From Parcubacteria group bacterium GW2011_GWA2_43_13 (GTDB lineage: Bacteria; Patescibacteriota; Patescibacteriia; UBA9629; GWA2-43-13): DNA of 64,000 nucleotides. Under the pieces are notes generated by a model. That model did not search any database. It was not told the origin of the DNA and saw only the letters and a program-made list of their open reading frames with translations. How positions within the stretch are numbered: the stretch's first letter is position 1; every line of letters starts with the position of its first letter. Shown here one piece after another: positions 38,354-46,936 of this stretch. Location of the stretch: assembly GCA_000999025.1 (NCBI GenBank), contig LCFM01000003.1, positions 12,253-76,252 of the forward strand, in the 5' to 3' direction. Position numbers and translations under genes: made by a program.

Positions 38354-39577
38354 ATGCAAAACTACGATTACATCATTATCGGTGGTGGAGTGGCAGGTAC
38401 GGTTGCCGCAGAAACCATTCGGCAGAATGATACAAACGGGACAATCGCCATTATCTCGGATGAACCATACCCGTTTTACTCCCGCATCATGCTATCAAAG
38501 CCAAACTTTTTTTTAGGCAAAATGTCGTTTGAGTCAATTTTCCGGCATGATAAGCAATGGTATATTCAAAACAATATAGATTTAAAAAATAGTATCAGGG
38601 CAACTACTCTCAATACTGATACAAAAAAGGTTACACTCAATACTAACGAATCCCTTACATACAACAAACTCCTCCTTGCCCTTGGCGTCTGCGCCCGAAC
38701 ATTAGGACTCCCAAACGAAACGATAAGCGGTGTCTATTGCGTTCGCACGCTTGATGATGCAAAAGGCATCATGAAAACCATAAAAACGGCAAAAAAAGCC
38801 GTTGTTGTTGGCGCTGGATTTATTGGGTTTGAAATGTGCGATATTCTCAAACTCGCTGGCCTTGATGTTACCCTCATTATCCGCGAGCCATTCTTTTGGG
38901 GACACCTCTTACATAACAAGGCCGGAAGTATTATAGAAAAAGCAATAACTGAAAAAGGAGTAACTATCATAAAAGAAGATGAAGTCGCAACTATTGAAGG
39001 CGCGGAAATAGTAACTGGTATCACAACAAAAAAGCAGGTCCATCTTAATGCAGATCTCCTTGCGATTGGTGTTGGATCCGTATGTCCTAAAGATATCCTT
39101 TTACAAAAAACAATGGAAACAAGAAATGGCATTATTGTGAACGAATATCTTGAAACCAATATGCCTGATATATGGGCCGCTGGTGATTGCGCTGAATATT
39201 TTGATACTATTTTGGATGAATATATCCAAATGGGAAACTGGGCAAATGCGCAATTGCAAGGAAAAATTGCCGGCCTCAATATGACTGGCACAAAAACTGC
39301 TTTTAGCGCCGTAACTAATTATACGTGTAGCGGATTTGGGCTTTCAATCGCTTTTGTAGGAGATGTAAAAAGCGGAGAAGGTAAAGAGTTAATAGAACGT
39401 ATGCCAGACGACACACATTCGTATGGCCACTTTATTCTTAAAGATAACCGCATTATTGGCGCGGCGCTCATTAACAGAACATCAGAACTGAATACCATTA
39501 CTACATTGATACAAAACAAAATTGATATTTCAAATAAAAAAGAACTCCTTGTATCAGGAGATATTGCAATATCGTAG
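38354..39577 (+). CDS. FAD-dependent pyridine nucleotide-disulfide oxidoreductase (NADH oxidase / rubredoxin reductase-like)
   Basis: Two Rossmann motifs (IIGGGVAGTVAAE and VVVGAGFIGFEM). The stop TAG is part of the family A hairpin. Confidence 0.75.
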   Translation: MQNYDYIIIGGGVAGTVAAETIRQNDTNGTIAIISDEPYPFYSRIMLSKPNFFLGKMSFESIFRHDKQWYIQNNIDLKNSIRATTLNTDTKKVTLNTNESLTYNKLLLALGVCARTLGLPNETISGVYCVRTLDDAKGIMKTIKTAKKAVVVGAGFIGFEMCDILKLAGLDVTLIIREPFFWGHLLHNKAGSIIEKAITEKGVTIIKEDEVATIEGAEIVTGITTKKQVHLNADLLAIGVGSVCPKDILLQKTMETRNGIIVNEYLETNMPDIWAAGDCAEYFDTILDEYIQMGNWANAQLQGKIAGLNMTGTKTAFSAVTNYTCSGFGLSIAFVGDVKSGEGKELIERMPDDTHSYGHFILKDNRIIGAALINRTSELNTITTLIQNKIDISNKKELLVSGDIAIS

Positions 39578-39656
39578 AGACGCCCCACTGGGGCGTCTTC
39601 AGGAAAATGCGACAATAGTGCATCTCTCATAAAGACGTGCCATCGGCACGTCTCTA
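39574..39656. repeat. Family A composite element (unit X GTAGAGACGCCCCACTGGGGCGTCTTC plus unit Y AAAGACGTGCCATCGGCACGTCTCTAC)
   Basis: Same architecture as 352-423. Lies between convergent genes. Confidence 0.8.
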
Positions 39657-39662
39657 CAAACA

Positions 39663-40943
39663 TTAACGAACTTTCAACACAACCAAGTGTTCAATATGCG
39701 GAGTATGCGGAAAAAAGTTATACCCGCGTGAACATACCACAGAATAAGTATCAGCAAGCAATGCGATATCTCTTGCTTGAGTAGAAAGGTTGCATGACAA
39801 ATACATCATAGTACGCGGACGCGCTTTTTTTAATTGTTCAATGATTCTATGATGTAACCCCGCGCGGGGAGGATCAACAATCACAGTTGAATCACTATCA
39901 ATCGCGGTTTCATAATCCTCTGCCCTGCCTTCAATAATCTGCGCATGATCATAGCCATTCATCTTGCTATTCTTTTTTGCAGACGCGCAGGCAAAAGTAT
40001 CATTCTCAATCAACACCAATTCTGACGCCTGACGCGCGATAGACAATCCGATTGATCCAACCCCACTATACACATCAACTACGCGACCACTCTCAACCCA
40101 TTGCGCAATATCTTTTAATGCCAAAACGTACACTGGCACATTTACCTGAAAAAAACTTAATGGAGAATACGAAAATACACATTCACCAATATCATCAATC
40201 AAATCATCACTCCCATACCGTGCCAGTACTTTTGTCGGCACAGACGCAGGGCTTTTGTGCGTTGAATAATATACTGTAAACGATTCAAGTGGTTTTTCTA
40301 TAACAAATTCAGGAAGCGAGATATCGTCTTTTTTAATAAACAATGCCGCGTGCACCATTCCTTTTTGTGTTGCTCGTACAATCAATGATTTAACATGCCA
40401 GCCACGAATTCCTGCTATTGCTAACTGATCCCGAATATCTTGCGCTACCTGATTGATTTCATTTTTTGCCAAACAACACCCTAAAATAGGAATTTTCCGT
40501 TTTCCGCCACGGCTAAAAAAAGCAAGCGAAAGATCGTTCTCTGTCTCTGACCAAAAACTAAACTCCATTTTATTGCGATACCCGTACTCAACCCCATCTG
40601 TCACAATGGCATCAGGAGAGAGATCAACATTTTCGCGTGCAAACGCCTCCTGTATAATTCTTTCTTTCCATTTATTTTCTTTGCTAAAATCCAAAATTTG
40701 CCACGGACTGCATGAAAGAAAATGATTTTCACGCGCATCGCGCCGCTGTGGAGATGAGGTAATAATGTGTTCAGTAACTGCCTCTCCGTAATCAGGCTTA
40801 TTTTTGGTAACACGCGCTTCAACAGTTTCTCCAGGCAGAGCATTCCACACAAAAAATTTCTTACCGTCAACTTCTCCCATTCCTTGCCCGCCAAACACTA
40901 ATCTATCAATCTTAATCTTAATAGTACTCATATAATATGCCAC
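39663..40943 (-). CDS. TRAM-domain RNA (uracil-5-)-methyltransferase (RlmD/TrmA family)
   Basis: N-terminal TRAM domain with a SAM-methyltransferase C-terminus (VVDPPRAGL, catalytic Cys region). Confidence 0.8.
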   Translation of the reverse strand: MAYYMSTIKIKIDRLVFGGQGMGEVDGKKFFVWNALPGETVEARVTKNKPDYGEAVTEHIITSSPQRRDARENHFLSCSPWQILDFSKENKWKERIIQEAFARENVDLSPDAIVTDGVEYGYRNKMEFSFWSETENDLSLAFFSRGGKRKIPILGCCLAKNEINQVAQDIRDQLAIAGIRGWHVKSLIVRATQKGMVHAALFIKKDDISLPEFVIEKPLESFTVYYSTHKSPASVPTKVLARYGSDDLIDDIGECVFSYSPLSFFQVNVPVYVLALKDIAQWVESGRVVDVYSGVGSIGLSIARQASELVLIENDTFACASAKKNSKMNGYDHAQIIEGRAEDYETAIDSDSTVIVDPPRAGLHHRIIEQLKKARPRTMMYLSCNLSTQARDIALLADTYSVVCSRGYNFFPHTPHIEHLVVLKVR

Positions 40944-41836
40944 TTTCCTTTATGGAAAACCATACATCCTTCCCGAGTGAGCGCGTCTAAAATATCCCCT
41001 AACTCATGGGCGTATTTCTCCAAATACGGATTACCTGCACATGATTTCAAAATCTCTTGTGATGATGCTTTTTTATGTTCCAAAAGATACCGCACAATAT
41101 GTGCGCGCACATACCGTTTTGATCCTTCAAATTTTGACTGCTTTATATAGTGTTTACTTTTTCTGTTAGGATTGAGAATTCCCTCCATTGCCAATGCCCC
41201 ATAATCCATCAGTGCTGAATACCACATCCGCGGGTCTTTTTTATACAGATATTTTTCTATCAAAGGCATTAATTCTGCGTCTGACACTATTCTGTCATCG
41301 CGAGGATTCTCCCGAAGGGGAAAGACGTGGCGATCTCGAGATTGCTTCGTCGCCTGCGGGCTCCTCGCAATGACAGAAGAAGTAAAAAAGAAATAAATAA
41401 ACACCCTCCTCACATTCGTCTCAATCAGCACCTCTGGATTATTAAACGCAAATACGCTCACTGCCCGAGCAGTATACGGCCCCACACCTGGTAGTTTCTC
41501 CAATTCTTGCGCAGTACGAGGAAACCTGGCGCCATACTCCTTTTGCACCACCTGACACGCGCGCTGTAAATACAACGCTCTACGATTATACCCTAACCCC
41601 TGCCACGCTTTCAAAACATCAGCAACTTTTGCCTGTGCCAAAGCCCGCGCGGTTGGGAAGTTCTTAAGAAACGCGCTATATTTTGGAATTACGCGATCCA
41701 CCTGCGTCTGTTGCAACATTAATTCAGACACCAAAATCCGATACGCTGACTGGTTCACCTTCCTTCGCCATGGCAACGTATGCCTCCCGTTTTTCTTATA
41801 CCAACTTAAAATCTCTTTTTGAAATTCAGCAGACAT
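40928..41836 (-). CDS. HhH-GPD DNA glycosylase (MutY/Nth-like, no Fe-S loop) carrying an in-frame MITE-like insertion
   Basis: QTQVDRVIPKY ... LPGVGPYTARAV helix-hairpin-helix GPD core. An inserted segment at 41291-41377 is translated. Confidence 0.7.
   Translation of the reverse strand: MSAEFQKEILSWYKKNGRHTLPWRRKVNQSAYRILVSELMLQQTQVDRVIPKYSAFLKNFPTARALAQAKVADVLKAWQGLGYNRRALYLQRACQVVQKEYGARFPRTAQELEKLPGVGPYTARAVSVFAFNNPEVLIETNVRRVFIYFFFTSSVIARSPQATKQSRDRHVFPLRENPRDDRIVSDAELMPLIEKYLYKKDPRMWYSALMDYGALAMEGILNPNRKSKHYIKQSKFEGSKRYVRAHIVRYLLEHKKASSQEILKSCAGNPYLEKYAHELGDILDALTREGCMVFHKGKWHII
41291..41377. mobile_element. Family D MITE-like element with 16-bp terminal inverted repeats (TCTGTCATCGCGAGGA ... 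TCCTCGCAATGACAGA)
   Basis: The TIRs match at 15 of 16 positions. Internal hairpin TCCCGAAGGGGA. In frame within the glycosylase gene. Confidence 0.65.
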
Positions 41837-41845
41837 AATCTATTT

Positions 41846-42493
41846 TTACCGAAGCGCTAAAATCACAGGATCATCTGTTAGGTGTACTTTTCGCGCTGGA
41901 GAATATTTCCTTCCGTATTCGATCATGAGATAGGTGAATTCAAACCACTGTTTTTTCGGAACAATCTGCATAAGATCTTGTTCGATTTTTTTAGGATCAT
42001 TGTTATCAGTCAAACCGAATTTTTGAGATAACCGGCGCACATGCGTGTCAACCGCAATTCCTTCAACAACACCATATGCGTTCCCCAACACCACATTTGC
42101 TGTTTTTCTGCCAACGCCAGGGATTGTCATCAATGTATCCATAGTGCGAGGGATAACACCGCTATATTTTTCTTTCACCATTTTCGCGGCTTGTAAAATA
42201 TGTTTTGCTTTATTTTTATAAAATCCTGTTTTAAAAATATCCCGCTCAAATTCCGCGCGATCTGCGTTCACATAATCATCTAATGTTGTATATTTTTGAA
42301 ATAATTTTTCTGTCACGTGGTTGACCATCACATCAGTGCACTGCGCAGAAAGAATGACAGCAACAAGCAATTCCCATGAATTGGAAAATTTCAAAACTAT
42401 TCCCGCTACAGGGAATAGTTTTTTTAATTCTCGAATAACCAATCGCACTCGTTTTTTTCTTTGTGCCAATACGGCTGAGGGCATATATGTCAT
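41846..42493 (-). CDS. nth: endonuclease III-like HhH-GPD glycosylase
   Basis: LVAVILSAQCTD and IPGVGRKTANVVL motifs. No C-terminal 4Cys cluster visible. Confidence 0.8.
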   Translation of the reverse strand: MTYMPSAVLAQRKKRVRLVIRELKKLFPVAGIVLKFSNSWELLVAVILSAQCTDVMVNHVTEKLFQKYTTLDDYVNADRAEFERDIFKTGFYKNKAKHILQAAKMVKEKYSGVIPRTMDTLMTIPGVGRKTANVVLGNAYGVVEGIAVDTHVRRLSQKFGLTDNNDPKKIEQDLMQIVPKKQWFEFTYLMIEYGRKYSPARKVHLTDDPVILALR

Positions 42494-42498
42494 CCTGT

Positions 42499-43101
42499 TT
42501 ACACACTCAACCCAACTTGCGACAATTCCTGCTTTAGTTGATCCGCATTTCGAAAATAAATAGCATGAATACCTAAACTTGTGGCAAGTTTTGCAGAATC
42601 CTCATCATCATCAATAAACACAGTTTCATCCGGTTGAACGCCAAAATGTTCAAGCACCATTTTATAGGATCGTTCCGTTGCTTTGGTAAATCCGTTTTCG
42701 CATGAAAAATACATAAAATCAAACAACTGCATTGATGGGAATGTTTTTTTAATCCAATCAGCCCGCTCAAAAAAATTATCAGACATCACGGCAACTTTTT
42801 CAACTTGGGATTTTACTTTTTTCACCAACTCAAAATGTTCCATCACTTCATGCGTACCCTCTGTTTTAAACCATAAATCAAAAAACTCCTGCTCATTCAC
42901 ATGCAAACCCCATACAGAAAGATACGGCTCCCATGCGGGAAACGAAGGCGTGTTGATATCGCATTTTGGCGGCATTACTCTGCCACGCAAAATACCTAAA
43001 AATTCCGGCTTGGAAACATGATATTCTTTTTCCAAAAAATCGCTAAATCGCGATCCTTGGAGCAAAAATCCGTCAAGATCAAATATCGCAAGTTTGATCA
43101 T
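42499..43101 (-). CDS. HAD-superfamily hydrolase
   Basis: DxD motif I (IFDLDGF) and motif IV DD (FIDDDEDS). Confidence 0.8.
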   Translation of the reverse strand: MIKLAIFDLDGFLLQGSRFSDFLEKEYHVSKPEFLGILRGRVMPPKCDINTPSFPAWEPYLSVWGLHVNEQEFFDLWFKTEGTHEVMEHFELVKKVKSQVEKVAVMSDNFFERADWIKKTFPSMQLFDFMYFSCENGFTKATERSYKMVLEHFGVQPDETVFIDDDEDSAKLATSLGIHAIYFRNADQLKQELSQVGLSV

Positions 43102-43102
43102 A

Positions 43103-43195
43103 CCCTCGTTCCCCTCCCCTATAATCGGGGAGGGCAGGGTGGGGTATATGACCTCCCTCTACCCCCTCCTTCACAAGGAGAGGAAGATATTATCG
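43103..43195. repeat. two Family B-like hairpins (CCCCTCCCC-TATAATC-GGGGAGGG and CCCCCTCCTT-CACA-AGGAGAGG)
   Basis: Intergenic between the HAD gene and pgk. Confidence 0.7.
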
Positions 43196-44389
43196 CTATC
43201 CGTTATTCAACGCTTCAAACCCAGGCAATGTGCCTTGTTCAATAAACTCAAGCATTGCCCCTCCACCAGTTGATATGTGAGTAATTTTTTCCAAATATTC
43301 TTTTTTAGATACAGCGGCTAATGTTTCACCCCCACCGATCACGGAAACAGCATCCTTATTCTGCGTGATTGCATAATAAATAAAATCAGTGCCACGGCCA
43401 AATGCGGGATTCTCAAACAAACCAACCGGTCCATTCCATATAATGGTTTTTGCTTTTGCAATAATTGCCCCAAACCGCGCCTGCGTTTCTGGGCCGATAT
43501 CTAAAATATACCCGTCTTGTGGCACTTCATCAACTTTTTTAATTTCTCCGCCTTCTTTTGAATTATCCGGCTCGCCGATCACAACATCAGATGGCAACAC
43601 CACTGCAGTGTTTTTTTGCGCGGCCATATACAAAATCCTGCGCGCATTTTCAATTTCTTCATACTCAACCAAGCTCTTGCCAATTTCAAATCCCTGCGCC
43701 GCGATAAAATTATTCGCCAATCCGCCACCGACAAGCAAATAATCGGCAAGTTCAAGCAACCTGCCTATGAATTTAATTTTCCCTGAAATTTTTGCGCCAC
43801 CGATAATGGCAACCAACGGCTTTTGCGGTTTGGCGATAACGGATGAAATCATTTCAATTTCTTTTTTCAACAGCAACCCGCCATATGATGGAATCAATGC
43901 CGCAACACCGACAACCGAAGTGTCAGTCCGATGACACACCCCAAACGCGTCGTTTACATACACATCTGCAAGTTCTGCTAATTTTTTTGCAAATTCAGGA
44001 TCATTCTTTTTTTCTTCGGCATAAAATCGGATATTTTCAAGTACCAATATCTCATTCTCTTTTTGTGCGGAAAATGTTTCCTTGGGTTCAATCAAAAAAT
44101 CATCAACTAATTTTACAGTAAAACCATCAAGATATTCTTGTAAACGAGCAACAACAGGTTTTAACGAAAGTTTAGGATCGCGTTTTTCAGGCCTATCGAG
44201 ATGAGACACCAATATCAATTTATTGCCTTTTTCAAGTAAATATTTAATCGTAGGCAGACCCTGTTGAATACGGGCATCGTCCGCGATAGTAAGATTGTCA
44301 TGCAACGATACATTAAAATCAACCCGCAATAATACCCGTTTATGCAAAATATCATGCTCATCAATAAAATGAATGTTAAAATCCGTCAT
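43196..44389 (-). CDS. pgk: phosphoglycerate kinase
   Basis: Full-length Pgk with conserved N- and C-lobe motifs (RVDFNVS, GGGA). Confidence 0.9.
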   Translation of the reverse strand: MTDFNIHFIDEHDILHKRVLLRVDFNVSLHDNLTIADDARIQQGLPTIKYLLEKGNKLILVSHLDRPEKRDPKLSLKPVVARLQEYLDGFTVKLVDDFLIEPKETFSAQKENEILVLENIRFYAEEKKNDPEFAKKLAELADVYVNDAFGVCHRTDTSVVGVAALIPSYGGLLLKKEIEMISSVIAKPQKPLVAIIGGAKISGKIKFIGRLLELADYLLVGGGLANNFIAAQGFEIGKSLVEYEEIENARRILYMAAQKNTAVVLPSDVVIGEPDNSKEGGEIKKVDEVPQDGYILDIGPETQARFGAIIAKAKTIIWNGPVGLFENPAFGRGTDFIYYAITQNKDAVSVIGGGETLAAVSKKEYLEKITHISTGGGAMLEFIEQGTLPGFEALNNG

Positions 44390-44416
44390 AGAATATCATG
44401 TATCAACAAAACCAAT

Positions 44417-44444
44417 GTAGAGACGGGGTGAACCCCGTCTCTAC
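44417..44444. repeat. Family A single hairpin (GTAGAGACGGGGTGAACCCCGTCTCTAC)
   Basis: Read directly. Confidence 0.8.
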
Positions 44445-44455
44445 ACAGTATACCT

Positions 44456-45562
44456 CTAATCGTGCTTCAACTCAAACGTGCTATCAAGACGATTCAATCG
44501 TTCCACAATGCCGCCGTATTCCAATTCTTCGCGCGGAAGCATAGATGGCTCGGTAAAGCCCTGTTCACGCATGGCAATAGATTTCTCCGCGGCTTTTTGA
44601 CGAACATAATCCCAGAATGGATCAACAAACACATCTACCCACTCTGTCATCTTTCCATTACGCATTGAAAACGTTATGCCTTGAACAATTGGAATGCAAT
44701 AATGCACAGATGCGGGCGAATTTATCGGCACCGGCATCAACGGCTGTTGGTGTGATCCGCGACAGTCGCCACCAACATAATGCGCATTGCGAAAGCACGC
44801 TCCCATTTCTTCTGTTGCCGGAAACATCTTTTGCACGCGCACCAATGCCACAGGATCATCCTTGCCAACGTATTTCCCTGCAATATGTTTTAACCGCGTT
44901 GTGGCTACAGAAACCACATGCTGATCTGGATACTTGCGAGAATAAATCGAGCGAACCACATATCGCCGTGTTTCCCGCAACAGCGCCGCGATATCATATA
45001 AATCCTCTGGCGCGTTTAATCGAATAACTTTGTCTGCTTCCAAATATTCTGTATCAATAATTTCAAAGGTAAAGCCCTTGTTCATTTCAGGCGCCACCAA
45101 CAGACCTGGAGACCACATTGGATCTGCGAACGCAAGATACATGGGCAAGTTAAACGCGCCCGGCTCGGTTTTATCCATAGTAAACACCATCACGGATTCA
45201 TTCGGCCGCTCTTCAAATTCAATTTCCGCAACCCCAGGCCCCATCCCTTGAATATTGCCGGTAAACGCGTCTTTTAATAAATCCTGCCCAGCGCCGTACA
45301 GACCTTGTGACTTTGCAACTTCAGTGCCTGCCACAAACGCGTCCCATACTAATTGATGAATCTTTTCATGCTTTGGGCCGTTGGTATGAGTCATCAGCAC
45401 TGCAATATCATCGCCAGTATAAAACACGCGGTGATCAGTTAAAAGATACTGGCCTTTTGCTTCAATAAAAGCGCGAACTGTTTCCAAAACTTTTTCTGAC
45501 GGTTTTGTATGCCCGCCAACCCCTCCGATATCTGCTTTAATGAGTGATAGTGTTATTTTCAT
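44456..45562 (-). CDS. fbp: bifunctional fructose-1,6-bisphosphate aldolase/phosphatase (archaeal-type, FBPase class V)
   Basis: MKITLSLIKADIGGVGGHTKP N-terminus, diagnostic of the FBP aldolase/phosphatase family. Confidence 0.8.
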   Translation of the reverse strand: MKITLSLIKADIGGVGGHTKPSEKVLETVRAFIEAKGQYLLTDHRVFYTGDDIAVLMTHTNGPKHEKIHQLVWDAFVAGTEVAKSQGLYGAGQDLLKDAFTGNIQGMGPGVAEIEFEERPNESVMVFTMDKTEPGAFNLPMYLAFADPMWSPGLLVAPEMNKGFTFEIIDTEYLEADKVIRLNAPEDLYDIAALLRETRRYVVRSIYSRKYPDQHVVSVATTRLKHIAGKYVGKDDPVALVRVQKMFPATEEMGACFRNAHYVGGDCRGSHQQPLMPVPINSPASVHYCIPIVQGITFSMRNGKMTEWVDVFVDPFWDYVRQKAAEKSIAMREQGFTEPSMLPREELEYGGIVERLNRLDSTFELKHD

Positions 45563-45624
45563 AGCCCCAATACAATACACTTTTGACTTATTTTTGTCAA
45601 AAAAATGCGTGAAGAAAAAAATCC

Positions 45625-46305
45625 TCACGCACGCCTTTGATACTCCTGCCGCAAGGCATCTACGGCCTGTTCAAGTGCCTTTGTCAGCGCTTCCTGCGTT
45701 CCATACAAATGAGAATCAATCGCCTGTCCCAATCTCACTTGTATGCGTGCGCGAAATAGCATTGATAAAGAAAAAAGCCGGCTCTTTTTCGACCACACGA
45801 GATGCGTCCCGAAGATAAAAATCGGGACTACTTGCAAAGGAACAAGCTCGGCCTTGCGAACGATGACTGATACCCCATCCTTAAAAGGCATGCCACGCAA
45901 AGGATCTGACTGCCGTCCCCCTTCTGGATACATAATAAGCGCATGCCCCTGATGAAGCACGGTGTTAATCAGGGTCAAATCCTTTCCAAGTTGATACCCG
46001 CGCGCGTTGCTTCTTTCAATAAGAAGCACATGAAAGCACTCGCACATAAACGCTCGAATCCGACCTTTTATGCCCCAATAGTCGCGCGCTCCGACAACAT
46101 AGAGCTCAACCCCTTGCAGTTTTGCCCACTGTGTAAGCAAGGAAACAAGCAAGGGAGTGTCAAAGTGGCTCGCGTGGTTCGACACAAACACCACTGGCGC
46201 TGTTTTCGGAAGATTCTCCCATCCGCAAACCTCAACGCGGTATAAATACCGCGCAATGTTTTGAAGGAGAGGAAACATCACCCTTTGTTTCAACCACTGT
46301 TTCAT
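45625..46305 (-). CDS. plsC: 1-acyl-sn-glycerol-3-phosphate acyltransferase
   Basis: HxxxxD catalytic motif (NHASHFD) and a PEGG-like block (YPEGG). Confidence 0.8.
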   Translation of the reverse strand: MKQWLKQRVMFPLLQNIARYLYRVEVCGWENLPKTAPVVFVSNHASHFDTPLLVSLLTQWAKLQGVELYVVGARDYWGIKGRIRAFMCECFHVLLIERSNARGYQLGKDLTLINTVLHQGHALIMYPEGGRQSDPLRGMPFKDGVSVIVRKAELVPLQVVPIFIFGTHLVWSKKSRLFSLSMLFRARIQVRLGQAIDSHLYGTQEALTKALEQAVDALRQEYQRRA

Positions 46306-46326
46306 CTCTCCGCCTCCTTCGCGTAA

Positions 46327-46740
46327 CTAAATCGCCACAACAAGAATTGATTCAAACTGGCCTTTGTTGTTTTGTGAAACCTCCCGCTCATGCCGTTCCA
46401 CCTTTGGCATCAGTTCTATCTCTTCCTCCAAAGGAAAGCCCTCAAGTTCTGCCTCCAGATACGTCTCTGAAAAATCACTAATAATAATATTAGTGTACAC
46501 TTCATTATACGAGCGTGAAAGCCCTAATAATTCGTTTACAAAAGATACAAGCAAATCGGTCTCATCATCCGCCTCGAGCGCGAGTGTCCGCGTAATGGTC
46601 GGCTCCTCCACAGGAGCATCCAAAGCAAGTAAATTCATCGCGCCTTCGAATGCTGAATAAAAAATATCTTCTAACTCTTTGCCATGAAGGTGTAAGTGTA
46701 ACCCTTCTTCATGGTCTTCTATTGAATACGGCATATTCAA
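46327..46740 (-). CDS. archease-family protein
   Basis: 137 aa with a MPYSIEDHEEG archease-like N-terminus. Acidic. Confidence 0.6.
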   Translation of the reverse strand: MNMPYSIEDHEEGLHLHLHGKELEDIFYSAFEGAMNLLALDAPVEEPTITRTLALEADDETDLLVSFVNELLGLSRSYNEVYTNIIISDFSETYLEAELEGFPLEEEIELMPKVERHEREVSQNNKGQFESILVVAI

Positions 46741-46936
46741 AAAAAATAATTAACTAAACCTCCGCGCGTTATCATTGCGATCCCCCACACAGGGATAAGC
46801 AATCTCGGAGAAAATAACGAACAAAAAAACAACCGCTCTTATTGTTAGATGATCTGTCAAAATTGTCAAGGAAAACAATATTGAAATAAAAAAAATCGAG
46901 TGGTTTCTCGTTCTTACGATTGAGAAACCACCTATA

